Assembly (NCBI GenBank): GCA_943841885.1 | Contig: CALSZZ010000005.1 | Coordinates: 63,766-127,765 of the forward strand | Reading direction: 5' to 3' | DNA: 64,000 nt | Origin: Candidatus Thalassarchaeaceae archaeon | GTDB lineage: Archaea; Thermoplasmatota; Poseidoniia; Poseidoniales; Thalassarchaeaceae | Shown here: positions 49,365-58,786 of the stretch, in pieces | Position numbering within the stretch: the first letter of the stretch is position 1 | Layout of the letters: each line of letters starts with the position of its first letter | Translations under genes and position numbers: made by a program | Notes under the pieces: generated by a model | Seen by the model: only the letters and a program-made list of their open reading frames with translations | Databases searched by the model: none | What the model was told of the DNA's origin: nothing

Positions 49365-49683
49365 TGATGATACGAATATTAGCGTCACAACAACCTTGCC
49401 AATAGAAGCAAATAGAACTAGAGGGTTATCACTTAGAGGGCCTGATGGGACTGCTTTTAGTGAAGGTTATGGATTATTAGGGAGTAAGGCTTCTGCTTGG
49501 ATAATTATAGAGAATGTAGGAAACGCTCCAGAAAATCAAATAGCAATTTCTTGGGATAGTACTGATTGGGGATCTAATCTAGAGATATATGATTCACAAG
49601 GAAATGAAGAAAATGCGATAGTACTTGGACCTGGAGAATCAAAGGATATGACTGTGCGTTTACCCCAGTTCCAAATAATGTAG
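49303..49683 (+). CDS. fragment 5: NxGN beta-sandwich module
   Basis: The meaningful part starts about 49360 (DDDTNISV...IIIENVGNAPENQ...LGPGESKDMTV). Frame 0 continues through 49653-49790 as FTPVPNNVDYGESVNTPLIMCVGSGSEEIC. Confidence 0.45.
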   Translation: MHRARRWVQIQRFLILELFLDDDTNISVTTTLPIEANRTRGLSLRGPDGTAFSEGYGLLGSKASAWIIIENVGNAPENQIAISWDSTDWGSNLEIYDSQGNEENAIVLGPGESKDMTVRLPQFQIM

Positions 49684-49728
49684 ATTATGGTGAATCAGTA
49701 AATACTCCACTAATAATGTGCGTCGGAA

Positions 49729-50472
49729 GTGGATCTGAAGAGATATGTCAAAACAATTCAGTTGACATTTGTTGCTTCTGGCGTGATTGTTGAAACGAAC
49801 CATCAAAGATCGGCCCCTGCAGATGGATTAGAATGGACTTTGACTGCTGATTTACCAAATGATAAAGAATACTTGAATTGGTCCCTTGTCGATTCAGGAA
49901 TGCAAAAAGAAGATTGGAATTGGAGTGCCACAGGTCAAATTACAATAGACGGAAATACCATAAGTATTTTTGGAAGTCCGGGATCAAGAGTTTCTGGGAC
50001 TATTAATTTACAATTACCCGACGATGCACCGCCTAAATTTCATCAATTTGAACATGAAGATGATTCTAATGAGTATAATATGAAATTTTCCCTTGAAGTT
50101 CTTCAAATTCATAGAGCTAGTTTGGCAATAATATCGCCTACGGAAACACCAATATCTGTAGAAATTGATGAAGAATCAGTAGTTATATTGAGACTTGAAA
50201 ATTTAGGAAATGGAGTTGATTCTTACTATTTATCGCATAAATTAATGTTGAATGATAACATAACTTCTGATCCTGGTATTTTAATTACATTCTCCAATAA
50301 TCCTATCTCGTTAGGGGCAGGTAGCCTAAGAACAATACCGATTACAATAATAATACCTGAATCAACGCCTGCAAGAGTAGATTTAGAAATTGAATTGACC
50401 ATTGAGTTCAATAGGAAATACAGATGTGAAAGATTCCAAAAATATAATAATTCAGGCAAAACAAGACCATGA
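49729..50472 (+). CDS. fragment 6: beta-sandwich modules
   Basis: GTG-started ORF. Contains LRLENLGNGVDSYY and the IPESTPARVDLEIELT pattern. Confidence 0.45.
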   Translation: MDLKRYVKTIQLTFVASGVIVETNHQRSAPADGLEWTLTADLPNDKEYLNWSLVDSGMQKEDWNWSATGQITIDGNTISIFGSPGSRVSGTINLQLPDDAPPKFHQFEHEDDSNEYNMKFSLEVLQIHRASLAIISPTETPISVEIDEESVVILRLENLGNGVDSYYLSHKLMLNDNITSDPGILITFSNNPISLGAGSLRTIPITIIIPESTPARVDLEIELTIEFNRKYRCERFQKYNNSGKTRP

Positions 50473-50680
50473 GTGGGAAATTAATGCATTTGTCGACGGA
50501 GTCGACTTAAAGCAAGAGACGTATAATATATCTACAAGTGAAATATTAGAAATTAATGTTTTTGCGACAAATATAGGAAATATGATTGATGATTTATCAC
50601 TAGAAACCTCGATAGAAATAGAATTACACCCTGACGACCTTTCATCTGGATGGTCAGCAATTGGAGATTCAGTAAAATAA
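50402..50680 (+). CDS. fragment 7
   Basis: VFATNIGNMIDDLSL module. Ends at an A-rich run (gtaaaataa). Confidence 0.4.
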   Translation: MSSIGNTDVKDSKNIIIQAKQDHEWEINAFVDGVDLKQETYNISTSEILEINVFATNIGNMIDDLSLETSIEIELHPDDLSSGWSAIGDSVK

Positions 50681-50705
50681 TGTTGAAATTAATGAAACTG
50701 CTGTA

Positions 50706-50933
50706 TTGAATGTTAACTCTACAGTACCCGAAGGAGCATTAGTAGGATCTAAAATGGTTGTAACAGTATTTGTAATTGCGCTAGAGGAGGAAGTAATGAG
50801 ATTTGTTTATGAAGTTGGAGTAGTTCATCAACCTGGATGGAAATTATTTGCTGGAGAGGCCAACTTAGAAATTGATAATAATGGATCAGAAATTGAATTG
50901 ACAGTTTTTCAAAACGGTAATTTGGAAAACTAA
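50706..50933 (+). CDS. fragment 8
   Basis: The frame is open from 50676 (NNVEINETAVLNVNSTVPEGA...). Ends at ggaaaactaa. Confidence 0.4.
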   Translation: MNVNSTVPEGALVGSKMVVTVFVIALEEEVMRFVYEVGVVHQPGWKLFAGEANLEIDNNGSEIELTVFQNGNLEN

Positions 50934-50994
50934 GCCATATGTATCCGTATGGATCGTTGGTGAAAATGGATGGAGCATCGAATTATCTGAAGAA

Positions 50995-52653
50995 ATGCCA
51001 ATGATTAAACCAGGAAATAGTGCTCCCCTTTCACTCAATATAACGCCATCTCAAAACTCTCAATATGGTAACCCTGTAGAGCTTCACGTCAGAATTAGAG
51101 AAGGAGATGCAAGTGCCGTAACCGAAGTGACACTTCCACTTAGAGTAGCAAAAATAAATGATTTTATGATGTCAAATTATGGAAATTGGGAAATATCAAA
51201 AAATGGAGGAAAATCACTAATCACTCTAGAAAATTTAGGCAATAGCCCTACCACAATTACTTTACAGGTGTTGAGTTTACCTGATGGATGGGTAATAAAT
51301 GGGAAAGATAAGATGGTACTATCTGCTGGTCAAAAAGCAGGCATTCCAATAGATATTGTACCTTCAGAAAATTGGAATGGAGACATTAAGACGATAAGGA
51401 TACTAGCACAAGACCCGGAAGGAAATCAGAGAGAAATACTAATTGAAACTAAGTATGTACAATATTCTTGGTCCAGCTCCCCCGTAATAATTTCTATTGC
51501 TGAAGATTATGCACTCATAAATATTCATGGAGCTTCTAATGGCGATAATGTTATTGATGAAGAAGGAAATAATTTAGATTGGACAGAAAACGGTTGGCTG
51601 TTACCTACAGCGAAAAATGGATTTGGAAATATAACAATTAATCAAAATAATAATCTCATGTACTTGATGGAAATATATCAGCCAATTCTAAGAAATGTTT
51701 CATGCCAAATATCTGGACTTTTTGAAGAAATTAATTCTTCCTGTTCAATAGAATCTGGAAATGAAATTTTTGGTTACACAGTATTATTAATCGACGATAT
51801 GGGCAATGCAATAGACTCGTATTTTGGCACGTCTGGAGTTAATAGCGAATCCATTACCATCAACCTCAGCTCAGATAATTGGGACCCCCTGCCTGGAATG
51901 AGAAAATTAACAATAAAAATATTTGATCAATACGGGAGAGAAATGACAAGTGCTGAAAAAAACTTTGAAATCAGGAAGAGTAATTGGAATATTGGACTGA
52001 CCTCAGTAGATTTATCAGGAACAGGAGATAATCAAATAATTGAGATTACTGCAGAAAGATTTGGGCATGGGCAACTTATTGATGCAGAATGTAAAATTTC
52101 TTTGAGCGGAGGAGATTACGAATCTGTACAAAAAATAGATATGAGCACGAGAGTTATTCTGACACCTAAACCAAAATTTGATAGGCCCTTAGAAATAGAA
52201 GATGGAACTGAAATAAGAATCAAAATTGAATGTCTTTTTCCTTGGGATATTGATTCAAATCCAGCAGATAATGAAATAAGAAAAGTCTTAACAGGAGGAG
52301 AAGTTAGTGAAGAAGGATTTAACACACTAGAAAGTATTATTTCAGCTATTGCAGTGATATTAATTTCATTATCTTTGGCATGGATTAATAAGAACAGAAA
52401 GGAAATGAAAGAATTTGAAGAAATAACTAAGCAAACAATACAACGTAGAGTTAGTGAACAGAAAAATGCTGATAAGAGTATTAAAATAAAAAATGATGAA
52501 ATAACTGAAAATATAAATGAAAATAATAAAAAAGATGATGCATATGTAGATGATTTACCAAATGAAGATATAGAACCAGAAGTGGAAAATAAAGATGAAG
52601 AAGTATTGGATGATTTTGAACGTAGATTGAGACGAATTCGCCGAAATGATTAG
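50995..52653 (+). CDS. fragment 9: C-terminal modules, TM anchor and charged tail
   Basis: The frame is open from about 50932 (KPYVSVWIVGENGW...). Contains LENLGNSPTTI, TM IISAIAVILISLSLAWI and a Lys/Glu-rich tail. Confidence 0.5.
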   Translation: MPMIKPGNSAPLSLNITPSQNSQYGNPVELHVRIREGDASAVTEVTLPLRVAKINDFMMSNYGNWEISKNGGKSLITLENLGNSPTTITLQVLSLPDGWVINGKDKMVLSAGQKAGIPIDIVPSENWNGDIKTIRILAQDPEGNQREILIETKYVQYSWSSSPVIISIAEDYALINIHGASNGDNVIDEEGNNLDWTENGWLLPTAKNGFGNITINQNNNLMYLMEIYQPILRNVSCQISGLFEEINSSCSIESGNEIFGYTVLLIDDMGNAIDSYFGTSGVNSESITINLSSDNWDPLPGMRKLTIKIFDQYGREMTSAEKNFEIRKSNWNIGLTSVDLSGTGDNQIIEITAERFGHGQLIDAECKISLSGGDYESVQKIDMSTRVILTPKPKFDRPLEIEDGTEIRIKIECLFPWDIDSNPADNEIRKVLTGGEVSEEGFNTLESIISAIAVILISLSLAWINKNRKEMKEFEEITKQTIQRRVSEQKNADKSIKIKNDEITENINENNKKDDAYVDDLPNEDIEPEVENKDEEVLDDFERRLRRIRRND

Positions 52654-52678
52654 GTATAGGTAATTAGTCTTAGTTAAT

Positions 52679-53293
52679 ATGGCAACCAGTGCTTTCTTTA
52701 CATTTGACCCAATGAGAATAGATGCTGAAGAATTGATAGAACCCATCATCAAGAGTATTGGCGGAGAACATGAAGAATTACTGCAACTAATTAATAATGA
52801 AGATTCATTTCCTTCTTTAATAGAAGGTGAGAATGCAAGATTTGATCAAGCAACCATGCTTTTCATATCATCATTAGATTGGAAAGAAGGAAGAGGGATT
52901 CCCGAACAACTATGTAAAAGTAATATCAGAGAAAAGATTGGTAGATTCCCAACCTCAGATGGTAATTCGATAAAATACCTTATACAAAATACGTCCTCTG
53001 ATAACGATATAAACAGATTACATGAACTATTATTCAAATTGATGGATGGTTTATCTGAAAAAAACTTAGGACATTCTGGCTTTCAAGAAGGAGTAGGGGG
53101 CATGGAGCTAATGGGTTGGATAAATCATAAAGAAGTTACTGAATTGATAAAAACCATCAAAAAAGGAGAGTGGGCAATATCTGCAGATGAGATTTTCGAT
53201 GGCGGAGTTCAAGAGATAATTAGGCATTTAATGATGTTGTTATTGACTGCTGAGAGAAGATCATGTGGCATCTTGATGAGACGGCATATCTAA
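52679..53293 (+). CDS. hypothetical cytosolic protein
   Basis: 204-aa ORF with ordinary composition and no recognised motif. Confidence 0.5.
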   Translation: MATSAFFTFDPMRIDAEELIEPIIKSIGGEHEELLQLINNEDSFPSLIEGENARFDQATMLFISSLDWKEGRGIPEQLCKSNIREKIGRFPTSDGNSIKYLIQNTSSDNDINRLHELLFKLMDGLSEKNLGHSGFQEGVGGMELMGWINHKEVTELIKTIKKGEWAISADEIFDGGVQEIIRHLMMLLLTAERRSCGILMRRHI

Positions 53294-53295
53294 AA

Positions 53296-54207
53296 TCAAA
53301 AATCAGTTCCAGTAAGTCTCTCAAACATACTAACATATAATTGAGTGGTTTCTTCAATCACGTGTTTAGGTAATTTTGGGATCGGAGGTTCTTCTAAATT
53401 TTCTTGTCTAGCCTTGTACAAATCTGCATGATGACCAGTGTCAAGATAATGCTGCCTAACAAATTCCTTTGATAATTGTACAATTTCACCATTTTCATAA
53501 GATTCAAGGTCCCACCATCTATCCTCGTCAAGTGTGCCAAATGAATCAACTAATACAGGTACTCTATCTTTACCTAATGCAAATTCTTTCTTCCCATCTA
53601 CATGGATTAATCCTCTTAAAGATGCTTCTCTGTTAATTATTTCATCAATTCTTACAACGATTGATAAAATATCATCAAATTCATTTTCAGATAAATTAGA
53701 AATTGATAATGCTTCTTCTCTATCCAATAAACGATCAAATTTTTCAAACTTTGTTGACACTTCAAGATAAGGATTTGGTAATTTTATTCCTTCGTGTAGT
53801 ATTGTTCCTGGTTCAAAACCAAATTCTTCTGCAGGAGCATCTCCTCTCTCATATCTTCTCCAGCCTGAACCAGCGAGATAATGTCTACAAATAAACTCCA
53901 AAGGCACAAAAACGTTTTCTTTTTCCCTAGAAATTGCCCCTGGTTCTCTAATCACTTCAAATTTACGAGCCAAAATTCTATCAGGTGCATTTACTTCAAT
54001 GACATGTGTTTCACAAATTCCTTCTTTTTCTACAAGATTAAACCAATGAGCAGAAGTACGATTTAGGGATTCACCTTTATTTGGTATTAAACTAGGGATA
54101 ATTTGGTCGAAAACACTAATCTGATTGGTATACCTAAACTCTATGACATCAGATGATTCTGTGCTCCAAACTTCTTTTACCTTACCTTTGTATAATAACT
54201 CGCCCAT
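53296..54207 (-). CDS. purC: phosphoribosylaminoimidazole-succinocarboxamide (SAICAR) synthase
   Basis: LLYKGKVKEVW N-terminal motif, VPLEFICR and IHVDGKKEFALG (DtKfEfG-like) motifs. The start was set at Met18 of the longest ORF (54258). Confidence 0.8.
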   Translation of the reverse strand: MGELLYKGKVKEVWSTESSDVIEFRYTNQISVFDQIIPSLIPNKGESLNRTSAHWFNLVEKEGICETHVIEVNAPDRILARKFEVIREPGAISREKENVFVPLEFICRHYLAGSGWRRYERGDAPAEEFGFEPGTILHEGIKLPNPYLEVSTKFEKFDRLLDREEALSISNLSENEFDDILSIVVRIDEIINREASLRGLIHVDGKKEFALGKDRVPVLVDSFGTLDEDRWWDLESYENGEIVQLSKEFVRQHYLDTGHHADLYKARQENLEEPPIPKLPKHVIEETTQLYVSMFERLTGTDF

Positions 54208-54312
54208 ATGCCTCACAAGAGAAATAGGAACATGAACATTACTGATGATGATACACAATTTTTAAATTTCTTCATACGTGGGTTCTATATTCTATGTACT
54301 AATCGCGGTACA

Positions 54313-56670
54313 GTGAGTATCTTGTTAAGGAGAAATCAAGAAACTCCAGTATCTGGAAAAAAACCTTTGAGGACAAATATAATAATATGCTCAATAATTT
54401 TTATATTGATTAATATTTCTTCGGTGAGTGCACAAACAAGTATAACAAGCGGCTGGGAAATAATAGATACAGATTTTGATGAAGATATATTCAGTATTAT
54501 CTCAACAGAAGGAGATGAATTATGGGGTTTTGGAGAATCGGGGCTTATTATTAACAGTAATGATAATGGAAATAGTTGGATGAAATTAGAAACAATAGTA
54601 GAAGAGGATTTGATATCGTCTGATTACTTGAACGGAGTATTACTGGTCTCTGGAACTAATGGGACAGTGATTCACAAAGTGCAAGAAGAGGGTTGGAATG
54701 AGATAAATATTCCAGATAAAAATATTAATATTGCAGAGGTGGCAATATCCTCTACTGATTCTTATTTCGTAGTTGGGAGCAACGGTTTAATTTGGCATTA
54801 TAATGGTTTAAATTGGGAAAATAAAACTTTTGATAATGAACATAACTATAATTCGATATCCTTTAATGATCAAAATGGATTAGATGGGATAATAGTTGGC
54901 GATGATGGAATTATTCTATCCACTTTGAATGGAGGGGTTAATTGGGAAAGAATAGAAACTCCATCATTTGTTGAAGATAATAATATAGTATCTCTACAAC
55001 TGATTAGTGATTCTCGTGCATATGCAGTTACTGAAGAGGGTTACATATTAGTATCAAGAGGATTGGATACTAACATAGGTTTTGAATGGGAATTAGTCAA
55101 TAATGAGCTTTCTTTGAATATGGATGATGTTGGAGTAAATAATATAGAAGTTGTTAATTCAATAAAAATTATTGTCTCTGGAGAGAATAATTTTATTGCA
55201 ACAAGTAAAAATGGAGGAAATGCATTTGAGAGGCATAATCTATCATTATTAACCCAAGGTGAGAAAATTATCATTCATGACTTAGCGATGATTGATGGTT
55301 TTTGTGGCGTTGCTTCAGGAAGTAATGGTACAATACTAATTACGACATTAGATGAGAATGGATATTGCTCAGAAGGATTAGATCAGTACTTAGGATTTCA
55401 AATAGAAGATTTTAATGATTTTGGACAATTTGTCGGAAAATACTCTGGATGGATGCTTGAAGGACTAATTGCTACTATGAAAATTGTCGTGTTTGGGATA
55501 ATTTTTGGATTTGCGATAGGAATAACTCTTGCTATATTCAAAACCGCACCTACATCTCTCAAAGATATGATAGAAAGCCATCTCGAAAAATTATTATTCA
55601 CTACTTGGTTCATTATTCCAATATCAATAATTATTTCTAAAACTAGTGATAGTAAATTAATTGGTATTTTATCATTCTTTTTTCTATCTATAATATTATT
55701 TATTTTACAAATAATTATTAATAGAAAAGGAGATAATTCAGGAGATAGAGATGGGTTACTAGGAAAAAAAGTTCCAGAACGATTTAGATCTTTAATGATA
55801 CGTTTATTTGGTTTATCACTACTTATCGGGCTACCGATTGGAGAATATGAAATTAGAGGATCATTATTTCTGATAACAGAATCATTGATATCATTTTCTG
55901 AATTAAATTTAGAAGGTATGGAAAATATTTTTGCACCAATAGGAAATACGAGTGCATTTTTGGATTTATTGTTAGGAATAATGGTTTTGATTCCTGGTTG
56001 TATGTTTATACTAAATAATGGTAATTTTAGTGAAATCAAAATTCCTTATTCAAAAAATAATAATATAAAGATTAATCCTTGGAAATTAAGGCCTTTAAAC
56101 TCGATTGCAACCATATACACAGATATCTTCAGGAATACTCCTCTAATTGTACAATTTCTATTTTTACACTTTGGCATCCAAATTGGAAGAATAATAGAAG
56201 AATCTACTTCGGAATTTTTTCTGGAAATACCATTATTAGCAGATTTTTTTAGTGATAGAATATATTTGAGTGCAATATGTGCCCTCGCATTCAATTCAGG
56301 TGCGTATCAATGCGAAACATTGAGAGGGGCGATAGCTGCAATCCCTTCAGGCCAAATGGAAGCCGGAAGAAGTATTGGCCTGACATATCTACAAACTATG
56401 AAATTAATTATTATCCCACAAGCAATAAGAATATGCATACCCCCTCTAGGAAATGAAATGGTCAACTTGGTACTAAATTCATCTTTAGCAATGGTAATAG
56501 GATATACAGAATTAACAAGACAGGGGAAATTAATTAATGCCATTACATTCCAAATAACCTGGACATGGGGCATGGTAATGATATCATATTTTGTAGTAAC
56601 TTGGACTTTGGCCCTTATTCTAAGAAGAATTGAGGCGAAAACAAGAATCCCAGGGTTAGGTATTTTATGA
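54313..56670 (+). CDS. fusion protein: signal anchor + BNR/Ycf48-like beta-propeller + polar-amino-acid ABC transporter permease (HisM/GlnP family) with extra TM insertion
   Basis: Asp-box-like repeats (SNDNGNSW, STLNGGVNW, TSKNGGNAF) recur at regular spacing. The permease signatures are YTDIFRNTPLIVQFLFLHFG and the EAA loop MEAGRSIGLTYLQTMKLIIIPQAIRICIPPLGNE. A GTG at 54313 gives a plausible signal anchor. The ORF is open from 54208, which would abut the purC start. Confidence 0.7.
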   Translation: MSILLRRNQETPVSGKKPLRTNIIICSIIFILINISSVSAQTSITSGWEIIDTDFDEDIFSIISTEGDELWGFGESGLIINSNDNGNSWMKLETIVEEDLISSDYLNGVLLVSGTNGTVIHKVQEEGWNEINIPDKNINIAEVAISSTDSYFVVGSNGLIWHYNGLNWENKTFDNEHNYNSISFNDQNGLDGIIVGDDGIILSTLNGGVNWERIETPSFVEDNNIVSLQLISDSRAYAVTEEGYILVSRGLDTNIGFEWELVNNELSLNMDDVGVNNIEVVNSIKIIVSGENNFIATSKNGGNAFERHNLSLLTQGEKIIIHDLAMIDGFCGVASGSNGTILITTLDENGYCSEGLDQYLGFQIEDFNDFGQFVGKYSGWMLEGLIATMKIVVFGIIFGFAIGITLAIFKTAPTSLKDMIESHLEKLLFTTWFIIPISIIISKTSDSKLIGILSFFFLSIILFILQIIINRKGDNSGDRDGLLGKKVPERFRSLMIRLFGLSLLIGLPIGEYEIRGSLFLITESLISFSELNLEGMENIFAPIGNTSAFLDLLLGIMVLIPGCMFILNNGNFSEIKIPYSKNNNIKINPWKLRPLNSIATIYTDIFRNTPLIVQFLFLHFGIQIGRIIEESTSEFFLEIPLLADFFSDRIYLSAICALAFNSGAYQCETLRGAIAAIPSGQMEAGRSIGLTYLQTMKLIIIPQAIRICIPPLGNEMVNLVLNSSLAMVIGYTELTRQGKLINAITFQITWTWGMVMISYFVVTWTLALILRRIEAKTRIPGLGIL

Positions 56671-56680
56671 GGCGATAAAT

Positions 56681-57415
56681 TTGAATGATGAAATATTAAA
56701 TGTTAAAAATTTACATAAAATATATCCTGGCGGAGTACATGCTGTAAGAGGAATTTCTTTTAAAGTTCATAAAGGCGAATCGGTGGCGATAATAGGATCT
56801 TCTGGAAGTGGTAAATCAACTGTTCTTAGATGCATTAATAGGCTGATTGAACCAACAAGTGGTGATGTAATACTAAAAGGAAAGAAAATAAATACTCCTT
56901 CTGCAGATATTAATGAAATTAGATCAAGAATCGGAATGGTATTTCAGTCATTTGAATTGTTTGCACACCTAAGAGTGATACAGAATATTTCTCTTGGATT
57001 AATTCACGTCAGAGGAATGAAAAATGATGATGCAGAAAAGTTGGCACTTGAAGTCTTAGAAAAAGTCGATATGTTGGATAGAAAGGATGCATATCCTGGT
57101 AACCTATCGGGAGGTCAGAAACAAAGAGTAGCAATTGCTAGGGCTTTGGCCATGAAACCAGAAATACTTCTATTTGACGAGCCAACAAGTGCTCTAGATC
57201 CCGAATTAATAGGATCTGTATTAGAAAATATTCGCTCTCTAGCAGATGAGGGCATGACTATGATAATTGTAACCCATGAGATTGGATTTGCCAGAGATGT
57301 TGCTGATAGGGTAATATACATGGATCAAGGAATCGTTGCAGAGGAAGGGAAGTCATCTATAATCGATAGTCCTGAAACTGAGAGGATGCAAAAATTCCTA
57401 TCTACTTGGGACTAA
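56681..57415 (+). CDS. polar amino acid ABC transporter ATP-binding protein (GlnQ/HisP family)
   Basis: Walker A GSSGSGKST, Q-loop, signature LSGGQKQRVAIARAL, Walker B ILLFDEPTSALD and H-loop. TTG start 10 nt after the permease stop. Confidence 0.9.
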   Translation: MNDEILNVKNLHKIYPGGVHAVRGISFKVHKGESVAIIGSSGSGKSTVLRCINRLIEPTSGDVILKGKKINTPSADINEIRSRIGMVFQSFELFAHLRVIQNISLGLIHVRGMKNDDAEKLALEVLEKVDMLDRKDAYPGNLSGGQKQRVAIARALAMKPEILLFDEPTSALDPELIGSVLENIRSLADEGMTMIIVTHEIGFARDVADRVIYMDQGIVAEEGKSSIIDSPETERMQKFLSTWD

Positions 57416-58741
57416 TCAGCAACTTTCGGTAGCTGTCCAAGTTTCTTGAGTCCCACCGCCACCTTGCTGCGGCCCGTTGTCTTTGACTTCCTCTTCTGCA
57501 TAGATGTAGTAAGATGTATGAGAAATTATCTCATTAGTATCTGACCATGGTTCTGATTGAGTCACATCTACTGTAAAATAATAACACCCGAAATCCGCTT
57601 CTTCCCATTGATCTTTAGGAATATACTTGAATCCTCCTAAACCGGGGTCAATGACAGACCCTTCGAGAGGTAATTCAGCGCCCACAGTACCTATGTCATA
57701 TTGTCCAGAACCATAATCTCCCGAGTTAGAATCCCAAGTAGCGATTGCTTTGTCCACATAAACATCTGGATAATCTATTGCTATATTCCCGGTTTCATAA
57801 TATAATGTTGCTGAAAGATTGTATTCAGCCATAGGAAGACTACCTGGCCGATCATTGGAATTTAATCCTGCCCAAGCAGTAAGAGATACGCCGATTACAC
57901 AATCATTAGTAGAACCACAATTGTCATCACTATCGCTTAAAACAGCAGATACTAATGATTGTACATCGTTAATGGTCCTAGATAAATAATTACCATCCAG
58001 TACGGTAGACATGACATTATCATCTACTGTTATACTGAGTAAATAATCCGTATCAGGTAAAGAGTTACCTGTGTAGATATCTGCAATTTTAATATTTAAT
58101 TTTCCATAATCTCCTAGGCCGTCGCTTTTATCAATTTTTAACGACATTGACTGGGCCCAAGGGCCAACCTCAACAAGAGCATTGACTGAAGATGAAGATC
58201 CTCCATTTTGCCTAATTTTTATCTCTAGTTCGGTCCCATCATCGCTCATCTCAACCTCTCCTAATGACATATCACCAATAAATAAAGTTCCTAGAATAAC
58301 AGGTAATAATAACATAGATAAGTAAGAAAATGCAACAATTATTGCTGGTACGACAGAAACTCCGGTTCCAACAATCCCTCCAACTTTAATTTTGGCCGGT
58401 AGACCGATACCAAGATAAATCCAGACTCCGATTAAAGAAGCCGAGGTAACTAATGGAGTAACTAGTGTAATAGGAACTACATCTGGTATCAGATAGACTC
58501 CAAACCACATCATCACAACGGTAGGCAGTAAGCCTCCAATACCAAGAGCCAAGAATATTTTTTTTAATGAAATATCTTTTGAATTGGATTTATCGTCTTT
58601 TGAAACTACTGCAATGGGAATAACTGGTATGTCCTCGTTATTGTGTTGTGATTCTTGTTGTTCCATTGCTTTCTGAAGAAGTCCACCATTACTCATTTGA
58701 TATGCCTCGTAATCTACCTCAGGCCACCAACTAGTTATCAA
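57416..58741 (-). CDS. membrane protein with large extracytoplasmic C-terminal domain (hypothetical)
   Basis: 441 aa with about 4 N-terminal TM helices, then a Ser/Asp/Gly-rich domain ending in Cys. Confidence 0.55.
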   Translation of the reverse strand: MITSWWPEVDYEAYQMSNGGLLQKAMEQQESQHNNEDIPVIPIAVVSKDDKSNSKDISLKKIFLALGIGGLLPTVVMMWFGVYLIPDVVPITLVTPLVTSASLIGVWIYLGIGLPAKIKVGGIVGTGVSVVPAIIVAFSYLSMLLLPVILGTLFIGDMSLGEVEMSDDGTELEIKIRQNGGSSSSVNALVEVGPWAQSMSLKIDKSDGLGDYGKLNIKIADIYTGNSLPDTDYLLSITVDDNVMSTVLDGNYLSRTINDVQSLVSAVLSDSDDNCGSTNDCVIGVSLTAWAGLNSNDRPGSLPMAEYNLSATLYYETGNIAIDYPDVYVDKAIATWDSNSGDYGSGQYDIGTVGAELPLEGSVIDPGLGGFKYIPKDQWEEADFGCYYFTVDVTQSEPWSDTNEIISHTSYYIYAEEEVKDNGPQQGGGGTQETWTATESC

Positions 58742-58786
58742 CCCGTTGCCAAATTAGGTCAATAAAATATTGAATTACTAACACAT

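Larger units (their letters stand above)
46971..52653 (+). pseudogene. disrupted ~1890-codon FG-GAP/CARDB-type surface adhesin gene (at least 9 frame changes)
   Basis: Nine consecutive same-strand ORFs overlap or abut, and their products read as one protein. The order is signal/TM, six FG-GAP/VCBS-like DxDxDG blades, a CARDB-like module (APEPGEVVTVTAFFENAGT), many NxGN beta-sandwich modules, then a C-terminal TM and charged tail. Frame (start mod 3) runs 0,1,2,0,1,(0),1,2,0,1. Confidence 0.7.

Noticed and set aside
46971-52653. Programmed ribosomal frameshifting as the explanation for the fragmented adhesin gene
   Set aside because: Nine or more shifts in one gene, with no shared slippery heptamer or downstream structure, and one compensating -1/+1 pair, do not fit any known recoding mechanism. 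Decay or sequence error is far more likely.
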